A stretch of 32,000 nucleotides of DNA from Cupriavidus necator. GTDB lineage: Bacteria > Pseudomonadota > Gammaproteobacteria > Burkholderiales > Burkholderiaceae. Position 1 is the stretch's first letter; each line of letters begins with the position of its first letter. The DNA lies in NCBI RefSeq assembly GCF_016127575.1, contig NZ_CP066018.1:600001-632000 (forward strand), read 5' to 3'. Both the position numbers and the translations under genes were made by a program. The notes below the pieces were generated by a model. That model did no database searches and was not told the origin of the DNA. It worked only from the letters and a program-made list of their open reading frames with translations. Shown piece by piece: positions 8,055 through 15,557 of this stretch.

Positions 8055-9647
8055 ATGCGCAGGCAGCCTCATGACGGATCGGGAAAGGATCGACCTTCCG
8101 CCCTCGACTTCAGGGAGGGCGAGCCGCACTTCAGGCTGCTCGCCGACGGCATCCCTCACATGATCATGACCGCCGATGCGGATGGCCGGATCGATTACTG
8201 CAACCGACGGTGGACGAGCTATACCGGCCTCAGTCTTGAGCAGACTCGGTCCGGCGCCTGGAAATCGGCCGTCCACCCCGAGGACTACGCGCGCAATATC
8301 GGCCACTGGGCAGACGCAGTGGCGAGAGGCTGCGAGTACGAAATCGAATATCGCCTGAAACGGGCATCCGATGGCGCCTACCGATGGCACCTCGAACGCG
8401 GGTCACCATTGAAGGATGCTGATGGCAAGATCGTAAAGTGGCTTGCATCCGGCACCGACATCGAAGCGCTGAAGCAGGCCCAGGCCTCTGCTGAAAGTGC
8501 CAACCATGCGAAGTCGGAGTTCCTGTCAAGCATGAGTCATGAATTGCGCAATCCGCTGAACGCCATCCTTGGCTTCGCGCAGCTGATGGCCTCTGAGGCT
8601 CCGCCTCCGACTGCGTCGCAGCAGGCCAGCATCGACCAGATCCTGAAGGCGGGCTGGCATTTGCTGGAGCTCATCAACGAAGTCCTTGACCTGGCCAGGA
8701 TAGAAGCCGGTCAGGCGTCGCTGTCCCCTGAGCCGGTATCGGTCATCGACACCTTGCACGAGTGCCAGGCAATGCTTGAGCAGCAAGCACTGAAACGCTC
8801 GGTCCGCATGCGGTTTCCCGCAGTCGAACCACCCTGCTTCGTCCGTGCCGACAGGACCCGCTTGAAGCAAATCCTCCTCAACCTGCTTTCCAATGCCATC
8901 AAGTACAACCGGGACCAAGGCTCAGTCGATGTGCAGGTGACGACGACGGGACATCGCGTAGGCGTCAGCGTGCGCGACACTGGAGTAGGGTTGACACCGG
9001 AACGGCTGGCCCAGCTATTCCAGCCGTTCAACCGCCTGGGGCATGAGGCAGGCCCCGTGGAAGGCACCGGCATCGGCCTCGTGGTGGCCAAGCGGCTGGC
9101 CGAGTTGATGGGAGGAACCATCAGCGCCAAAAGCACGCCTGGCGTGGGCAGCGTGTTCCGGGTCGAACTGCCTGCTGCCGCGCCTCCCGCAATGGCTGGC
9201 GAGAGCACGGAGGCCGCCGCACCTGTCCGGTCGCCAATCGAAGCCCCGTCCACGATGCACACCTTGCTGTATGTCGAAGACAACCCCGCCAACCTTAAGC
9301 TCCTGGAGCAACTCCTCGCCCGCCGGGCAGACGTGCATTTGCTGTCGGCGGCCACCGGGATTCTCGGAGTCGAGCTCGCGCGCACTTCGCTGCCCGATGC
9401 GATAGTGATGGATATCCATCTGCCGGACATCAATGGCATCGAAGCACTGGGACGCCTGCGCGAAGACCCGATGACAATGCATATTCCGGTCATCGCGCTC
9501 AGTGCCAATGCCATGCCACGCGACATCGAGCGGGGCATGAAGGCAGGATTCTTCCGGTACCTGACCAAGCCCATCAGGATCCACGAATTCATGGATGCAC
9601 TGAACGCCGCACTGGAACAACCGCGAGGATCAATTGCGCAGGGCTAG
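8055..9647 (+). CDS. Cytoplasmic PAS-domain hybrid sensor histidine kinase (PAS-HisKA-HATPase-REC)
   Basis: H-box SHELRNPLNAILGF, N-box LLSNAIKYN, G-boxes DTGVGL and GTGIGL. C-terminal receiver (LLYVEDNPANL..VMDIHLPDINGIE..LTKPI). No hydrophobic segments. The start is uncertain: ATG 8055 has the better G-rich ribosome-binding site, and ATG 7938 is the longest option. Confidence 0.85.
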   Translation: MRRQPHDGSGKDRPSALDFREGEPHFRLLADGIPHMIMTADADGRIDYCNRRWTSYTGLSLEQTRSGAWKSAVHPEDYARNIGHWADAVARGCEYEIEYRLKRASDGAYRWHLERGSPLKDADGKIVKWLASGTDIEALKQAQASAESANHAKSEFLSSMSHELRNPLNAILGFAQLMASEAPPPTASQQASIDQILKAGWHLLELINEVLDLARIEAGQASLSPEPVSVIDTLHECQAMLEQQALKRSVRMRFPAVEPPCFVRADRTRLKQILLNLLSNAIKYNRDQGSVDVQVTTTGHRVGVSVRDTGVGLTPERLAQLFQPFNRLGHEAGPVEGTGIGLVVAKRLAELMGGTISAKSTPGVGSVFRVELPAAAPPAMAGESTEAAAPVRSPIEAPSTMHTLLYVEDNPANLKLLEQLLARRADVHLLSAATGILGVELARTSLPDAIVMDIHLPDINGIEALGRLREDPMTMHIPVIALSANAMPRDIERGMKAGFFRYLTKPIRIHEFMDALNAALEQPRGSIAQG

Positions 9648-9673
9648 CACCGAGTCCCGCGAACTGGCTTGCC

Positions 9674-10846
9674 ATGATCCACCCATCGGACATCCTGGCT
9701 GCAAAAATCCTGGTCGTTGACGATCTGGAGGCCAATGTCCTGCTGCTCGAAAGGATGCTGCATGCGGCCGGATATACCAGCGTCGAATCAACCACCGATC
9801 CGCGCATGGTTTCCGAGCTTCACGGCAGGAACCACTATGACCTGATCGTGCTGGATCTCCAGATGCCTGGCATGGACGGGTTCGAGGTCATGGAGAATCT
9901 CAAGGTCGTCCAGCCGGACAGCTACCTTCCGGTGATCGTTGTCACCGCCCAACCCGATCACAAACTGCGCGCACTGCAGGCCGGCGCGAAGGACTTTGTC
10001 AGCAAGCCATTCGATCTCGGCGAGGTACTGATGCGGGTGCGGAACATGCTGGAGGTACGCCTGCTGCACAGTGAGTCCTTGCAGTACGGCAAGGAACTCG
10101 AGCGCAAGGTGCAGGAACTGGAAGCGAGCCGGGAGACGATAGTCCGTCAGAGCGATGAGCTCAGGCGCCTTTACGAAAAGCTTGTTTGCGAGCAACAGGT
10201 CACTGAGCGTCTTCTGCTAAACGTGTTGCCAGCTCCGATCGCCGAACGTCTGAAACAGCGTTCCCATCCTTTATCCGCCGGCCCTCCGGACGTCATCGCC
10301 GACAGGTTCGAGTCGGTGTCAGTACTGTTTGCAGATATTGTGCATTTCACCCGCTTCGCTCCCGGCATGAGCCCAGAACTACTAGTGGAGGTACTAAACG
10401 AGATATTTGCCGCCTTTGATGAAATCGCCGACGGCCGGGGACTCGAGAAGATCAAGACAATCGGCGACGCATACATGGCGGCCGCCGGTTTGCCGATACC
10501 GGTGGCGGATCATGCCGTTCGGGCCGCCCATATGGCATTAGACATGATGGAGTCGCTGAGCCGATTCAATCAGCGAAGCGGCTACGCGCTGCGGTTGCGG
10601 ATTGGCATCCATAGCGGGGCCGTCGTAGCCGGGGTGATTGGGAGGCGAAAGTTCATCTATGACTTGTGGGGTGATACCGTGAACATCGCGAGCCGGATGG
10701 AGTCTCAGGGCATAGTCGGCGGCATTCAAGTAACTGACGACACTCGACAGCAACTTGGAAAAACCTTCCTACTCGAAGACCACGGGGTGATTGCAGCAAG
10801 AGGCATCGGAGACGTGCATACATGGCATCTGGTTGGGAGAAACTAG
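9674..10846 (+). CDS. Response-regulator receiver fused to a class III adenylate/guanylate cyclase domain
   Basis: REC domain (KILVVDDLEAN..LDLQMPGMDGFE..SKPF), a coiled-coil linker, then cyclase motifs VSVLFADIVHFT, KTIGDAYMAAAG and GIHSGAVVAGVIG..YDLWGDTVNIASRMES. Confidence 0.9.
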   Translation: MIHPSDILAAKILVVDDLEANVLLLERMLHAAGYTSVESTTDPRMVSELHGRNHYDLIVLDLQMPGMDGFEVMENLKVVQPDSYLPVIVVTAQPDHKLRALQAGAKDFVSKPFDLGEVLMRVRNMLEVRLLHSESLQYGKELERKVQELEASRETIVRQSDELRRLYEKLVCEQQVTERLLLNVLPAPIAERLKQRSHPLSAGPPDVIADRFESVSVLFADIVHFTRFAPGMSPELLVEVLNEIFAAFDEIADGRGLEKIKTIGDAYMAAAGLPIPVADHAVRAAHMALDMMESLSRFNQRSGYALRLRIGIHSGAVVAGVIGRRKFIYDLWGDTVNIASRMESQGIVGGIQVTDDTRQQLGKTFLLEDHGVIAARGIGDVHTWHLVGRN

Positions 10847-11496
10847 ACAGCGACGTCCCTGGGACAGTAAGACAGTCTCGGTCTGGACGTGCTCAGTCAA
10901 GCCAGGACACTATTCAGAAAATCTCCCACACGCGTGGAGACCACGCGTGCGCCCCAACCGACGACGCGAAGCAAACCATTGCCAGGGTACCCATGCCCCC
11001 GAAATTTTGCCCAGCTCACTTAACTTCGATCTTCGTAATGGTAGTGGGCGACGAGCCCAACTTGGGCAGGCACAGCGTCAATAGGCGCCGTTCAAATCGA
11101 GCATCAATGTGCTCGACGACGCATCGGACGAGTCTTAATGGCCGAACTCGAACCGGCCTAAGCATTGAACGCCTGGGCAGCGAGACGCAATTCTGGGCCC
11201 ACGCCAGGAACCCATGTCCGCGGCGCGACGCGAGCGATCTCCCTATCCGTATGACCGCGACGAGAGCAACCGGAGGAAGCTATGCTCTAGTTTTTCCCGT
11301 CCCAAAATGCGCTGCGGTTCCATTTGCAGCAGCGATGCGGATCGTTGCGTTCCTATTTTGGCTGGCCATCCCCCAAAGCGATGGTCTACAGCGACCCGCG
11401 CTACGCGCTTTTGCTAGCGAGAGTGCAGATGCGCCATCTCGCAGTCGGGCGCGAGTCACTCTACACCAGGGTGCCGACATCTGTTGATATGTCGCG

Positions 11497-12225
11497 TTAG
11501 TGCACAGACGTCGCGGGCAGGAGTTGCAAGGTGCCGAATCGGTTGTAAAACATTGAGCCTTCGGGGGCTACTGTAGATTCAACGATCCGGACGCGAGAGC
11601 TGTAAGATTTCGTGCCGACCATCATGGTTTCACCGACTTTCACCTTCACCTCCTTCACGACCAAATGCCAAGCGAAAGCGCCGGCGACGGTTGTGCAGTC
11701 GGGGATGTTAGACGGGACACTCACGCCCTTCAGTCCAAAATTTTGCATGCCACTGCAGTGAGCGCCACTACCTCCAGCATCTACGGTGGCGACGAATGCC
11801 CGAAAAATGCCATCGATGCCGTCATTGGCCAGCGCCAGCCAGTTCTGTGAGGGATGGGCTACGCCGGCGTTCTCCACATACACGCCTAGTGCGCCGGCCC
11901 GGACCACGGCGCTCGCAGCGCCCATCACATGTGCCATGCGCTGCCGACTTCCGCCGGCGTCCGCAAGGAGGACATGAGAGGTATGCCGAGCGATGGCCCG
12001 CATGTCATCGGAGTCGTACCAATAGGTACCGCCACATCGAAAGTCCTCCACAATGCTCGAGTTGTGCCCCTTTTGAAAGTGGATGTGGACGCCCTGGCGG
12101 GTTCGCTGATCCACGAGCACGCCATTGGCAAAGCGATAGTTTGGCGCCTGCTTCTTAATGGCCGCCTTGAATTCGACGAGCGATGACCAGGTACCCGGAA
12201 GGATAAGAACTGCGAGATTTTGCAT
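11497..12225 (-). CDS. Hypothetical protein (242 aa), last gene of the orphan operon
   Basis: Track ORF 11497..12366, trimmed to ATG 12225 (MQNLAVLILPGTWSSL..); the longer N-terminus is an implausible R/P/S/T-rich extension. Coding-like codon usage. No family that I can name with confidence, and no clear Shine-Dalgarno. Confidence 0.55.
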   Translation of the reverse strand: MQNLAVLILPGTWSSLVEFKAAIKKQAPNYRFANGVLVDQRTRQGVHIHFQKGHNSSIVEDFRCGGTYWYDSDDMRAIARHTSHVLLADAGGSRQRMAHVMGAASAVVRAGALGVYVENAGVAHPSQNWLALANDGIDGIFRAFVATVDAGGSGAHCSGMQNFGLKGVSVPSNIPDCTTVAGAFAWHLVVKEVKVKVGETMMVGTKSYSSRVRIVESTVAPEGSMFYNRFGTLQLLPATSVH

Positions 12226-12452
12226 GCAACGAATGGCTTGGAGGTGAATGCGCCGAGGCCGTGACGTCGGCGCGAAGCAGGACCTTCTCGGTCCTATGGG
12301 GTTAAGTGAATCCACGCGATAGTTGTTGGCTTGGCAGCTGCGTGGGCGCGTGGTGGTGCGAGGCATGCGGATCTAATTACAAGCCGATTTCCATTTGATC
12401 CAGTCCGCGCTGCAGGGCATCGGTCAGCCAGCCCATGAACGCACACCATCCG

Positions 12453-12913
12453 TCATGCGAAAGCGCCAGCCCGTCGCTGCCATGGATCAGTCTCCGGCGC
12501 ACTATCGAGCTGCCAGCGCAGCCATCGCCTGATCAGCGTTTCCAACTCGAATGGGACGTCAGTCAAATAGATATACCGTTCTTGGTCTTGCACAATGGTT
12601 TTCAGTCCAGCCGGCAGCCAATGCGCCAGGGCGCGCCCTGCCTGCTCGGCAGTCGGGATGCGCTCGACGTTGCGCAGGATCCCCTGCGTGCGAAGAAATT
12701 GGCGCTCGAGGATTTCGCAACTCACCCTGAGCCGTCGATTCGCCCCATGCAACGGTTCCAGCGGATATTGATGAGCGAGCTTGACCACATCAAAAAGGGG
12801 CGGACGTGCGAGGATATTGGGAATCTCTGCGGGGGTACCACGCAATTGTCGGCTAGATCGAAGGTGCGCCCCCGCGTGAAACCCATTTCTCGGAACACGA
12901 ACTTTTCGGTCAT
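12453..12913 (-). pseudogene. Hypothetical gene split over two reading frames (apparent frameshift)
   Basis: ATG 12913 has a strong ribosome-binding site (GGGGGAGGG) and opens a 63-codon frame that stops at 12722. A second, coding-looking frame (track ORF 12453..12845) overlaps it. Both frames are open across 12722-12845, a region that contains G5 and A5G4 runs. Confidence 0.5.
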
Positions 12914-12941
12914 GGCCCTCCCCCGGCGGGTTCGAGCCGCG

Positions 12942-13265
12942 TTAAATGGCCTCGCGCGTCAGCACGACGCCCTGCGGTTCGTTCTGCGAGCTATGCATGG
13001 TGCGCTTGACGGGGGCCACGACGCTGAGCGCCATGCCGACCAATTGCATGGGGCGAACGAGGTCGCGCTCCACATTGTCCAGCGACGCAATAGTCCGGAA
13101 GGTTGAGCACTGCGCTGGGATGCGTGCATCGAACTCGTCCATGACGATGCGATAGGCGCCGGTGGTCAGGGATTCGCCCAACACATTGTCGATCTCGATC
13201 CGCCCAAGTGTTCGGCAGTATTCCTCCTGGCCGTCTGGAATAAGTTCCACGGTAACGCGTAGCAT
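12942..13265 (-). CDS. Hypothetical protein (107 aa)
   Basis: ATG 13265 lies 5 nt after the HAD-like gene stop, with GGGAG upstream. Coding-like composition. No recognisable motif. Confidence 0.55.
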   Translation of the reverse strand: MLRVTVELIPDGQEEYCRTLGRIEIDNVLGESLTTGAYRIVMDEFDARIPAQCSTFRTIASLDNVERDLVRPMQLVGMALSVVAPVKRTMHSSQNEPQGVVLTREAI

Positions 13266-13270
13266 CGGTT

Positions 13271-13801
13271 TTAGCTCCCGAGCAGGGCTTTAGCGGTCAT
13301 GCGTTGCAGCCGCTGCGCCAGTTCGGACTGCGCAGACGCGCTCGAGAGGCCCAGCACGCCATCCGTCTCGACCAAGTAGTCGCGCAGCTCGGCGGGCCAA
13401 TCCTCGCTGTCGTCATCGACGGCCAGCCAGTGTTCGGCCCGCAGCCCGGCCCGCGCAATGTAGCGTGCGATCTGGGCATACCGCGAGAGCTCGTTGAACC
13501 AACTCGCGTCTACGCGATGAGCGCCTTCATGATGCTGCGCCATTGCCGAATGCCAAGTCGCGCCGATGACACGTGCTTGCAGCGCAGCCGGCAGATAGGC
13601 ACGTGCGCGACTGAAGCTTTTGAGGACCCGAACCCACGACGTAGAAAGGACAATACGGACCTGAGGGTACGGCGCGAGAATTTCCTCGAGAATCGGCGCC
13701 CACATGAACAGCGTTCCAGCCGCGCGAAGCTCGGGGCGCCCGTTCACCAAGTAAGCGGCGTCTGGATGCAAGACACCGTCATAGTCCAAAAACAAAATCA
13801 T
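13271..13801 (-). CDS. Small HAD-superfamily-like protein (motif I DxDGV present)
   Basis: N-terminus MILFLDYDGVLHPD matches HAD motif I. 176 aa, no cap domain evident. First gene of the minus-strand operon. Confidence 0.75.
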   Translation of the reverse strand: MILFLDYDGVLHPDAAYLVNGRPELRAAGTLFMWAPILEEILAPYPQVRIVLSTSWVRVLKSFSRARAYLPAALQARVIGATWHSAMAQHHEGAHRVDASWFNELSRYAQIARYIARAGLRAEHWLAVDDDSEDWPAELRDYLVETDGVLGLSSASAQSELAQRLQRMTAKALLGS

Positions 13802-13878
13802 CGCCTTCTTGGCCTTTGTCTGTTACGCAGTGATGCAGGGCAGCATTGGTCCCACAGGTGCACCTACAAACCATGGCA

Positions 13879-13935
13879 TTATAGATTTATAAACAGTAGA
13901 TGTATATCCAGTAGAGTTGCATGTGTGTAGATTTT
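13879..13935. promoter_or_regulatory. Four phased TAGA(T/G) direct repeats in the divergent HAD-operon/XRE promoter region
   Basis: TAGAT at 13882, 13897 and 13928, and TAGAG at 13912 (spacing 15, 15, 16 nt). The extended units TAGATTTATAAA, TAGATGTATATC and TAGATTTTTAGC lie in an AT-rich stretch 30-85 nt upstream of the XRE start. Confidence 0.4.
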
Positions 13936-13963
13936 TAGCCTTGGTTTGCGCACTCTGCGCCCC

Positions 13964-14200
13964 ATGTCAAAGAGTGCTGAAAAGACCTACGCGCGGCTTA
14001 GGGTTGCCTCCAACCTACGGAAGGCAAGGGAGGCTGCGGGCCTATCTCAGGAAGACTTAGCCATCAAGGCAGGATTCCATCGGACCTATGTCAGTCAGAT
14101 CGAGCGCGCGGTGAACAACGCAACAATTGACAATATCTGCAGGCTTGCGGAATTTCTCGGGGTCGATGTTCACGAGTTGTTCATCGACCCTCACCAGTAG
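13964..14200 (+). CDS. XRE-family helix-turn-helix transcriptional regulator (78 aa)
   Basis: LRKAREAAGLSQEDLAIKAGFHRTYVSQIERAVNNATIDNICRLAEFLGV is a canonical Cro/C1-type HTH. ATG 13964 is preferred over the TTG at 13946. Confidence 0.85.
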   Translation: MSKSAEKTYARLRVASNLRKAREAAGLSQEDLAIKAGFHRTYVSQIERAVNNATIDNICRLAEFLGVDVHELFIDPHQ

Positions 14201-15044
14201 TAGTTCCCACTTCGTTCAGCGCCTGGTGTACCGCGGCCCTTTGGTTCGGTTCCGCCACTTTCGCGTTGCCAGGGCAAACCGGCAAACAGTACGTCCCTGC
14301 GACGCTCCTCCTTTTTCAACAGTTCGCCCTTCGCTTTATCTGCTCCCCGACCTCTTTTGGCGAGAATTCAAGGGTTGCAGGGTACGGTGCGGCGGCACCG
14401 TCTCTTGGTAAGGGTCTTCGTCAACAAACTAAAGCAGGGGTGTTGGATGCGCTCGCATGACGGTATGCTCATGCCTGTCTACGGACCAGGCAGCGCGTCA
14501 GCATGGCTCGAATTCCCCAGCTGGATGGCTGTATTGGCAGTGTCCGATAGCGGGCGTGTGGAACTGAGCAACTGCTCCGGTGCACTGTCATAGCATCCGG
14601 TGCGTTCGCCTGAACTTGCCGCTTCGCCAACGCGACCAGCGGCTGCTCGCTGATTCGGTGCCGGGCTATGCATTGCGGCAGTTCAGTGAGGAAGTGGCGA
14701 AGATGCGAATACGGTCCGGCTCGGAGAGTTGGCAGGATTCATCAGCGTATATTCCCACTCAGATCGGACTCCTGACTCCGCCTGGAGTTCTTCCCAGCCG
14801 CCCTTGTGGATGGGTATCTTGCAAATGATACCCTTGGCACGATGTGCTTCCAGTTCATTAAACGAGATTATCATGGCCTGCGCACTTGGCGGTTCTGGGG
14901 AGGAATCGAAGCTCGTCTTCAGGCTCAGGGTGAACACAGATACCTACTAGCCTGATTCGTGAAGTGGGCGAGCGCTCTGCAATTGGATGGGCATGCAATC
15001 GAGCTACGGTTCTCCAAGGACAGCGTACAAGTATGTCGTGGGAC

Positions 15045-15536
15045 CTAGCTTTGAGAATCCCCCCCAACGATGCGGGCAATTTTTTGCTTGCCGGCAAGTA
15101 GCTTATTGACTCGAGCGGCGCGCGCACGCTCCTGCTCCAACTCCTTCTCGGCCTTCACTCGGGCAAAATAGTGAGCAGTAGCTTCTGCGCGAAGCTTCCG
15201 AACTTCAACCTGAAGTTCGAGTTTTTCAGCGCGCAATCGTTGAATGATCTCTGTGTGCGTAGTTGGAAGCGAAGGCTTTTCCTTCGCTTCTCTTATTTTC
15301 TCTCTAACTACTGGATATCGACAGTTTTTATCTAGTCCAATTAATGTTCTAGACCGCCCCGCCTCGACGGCAACGTTACTGATCGTGATCTTCATCTTCC
15401 CGGCAGCTAGCCGATCTTTCATCTTCTTAGTTTTTGGCTTCCCGATCTGCAGCCGCGCCAGCGCATCTAGAAATTCCTGCTCGATGGAGTCTCCCGAATA
15501 TATCGCTTTTCTTTTTAACGACATTTGACTCACCAA
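15045..15536 (-). CDS. Small HTH plus coiled-coil protein co-transcribed downstream of the recombinase trio
   Basis: 163-aa ORF starting 21 nt after the third recombinase stop (AAGGA ribosome-binding site before GTG 15536; ATG 15524 is an alternative). HTH-like ITISNVAVEAGRSRTLIGL is followed by a heptad-rich, charged C-terminal half. Same low GC as the trio. Confidence 0.6.
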   Translation of the reverse strand: MVSQMSLKRKAIYSGDSIEQEFLDALARLQIGKPKTKKMKDRLAAGKMKITISNVAVEAGRSRTLIGLDKNCRYPVVREKIREAKEKPSLPTTHTEIIQRLRAEKLELQVEVRKLRAEATAHYFARVKAEKELEQERARAARVNKLLAGKQKIARIVGGDSQS

Positions 15537-15557
15537 ATCCTTTATGTGTTTTTTGTC

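Noticed and set aside
11141-11158. tRNA-like T-arm (GCCGG-TTCGAGT-TCGGC on the minus strand)
   Set aside because: No complementary acceptor stem, anticodon arm or CCA context could be built around it. At most it is a fragment, so it is not called as a tRNA.
10822-11487. 221-aa plus-strand ORF after the cyclase gene
   Set aside because: It starts inside the cyclase 3-prime end and has an unnatural Arg/Ser/Pro/Ala composition. It has no start context and no motif, so I treated the region as non-coding or degenerate.
12435-13106. 223-aa plus-strand ORF in the orphan operon region
   Set aside because: It overlaps two minus-strand genes that have better codon usage and ribosome-binding sites. 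Its sequence is Ser/Arg/Pro-rich and spans the intergenic gap of the opposite strand.
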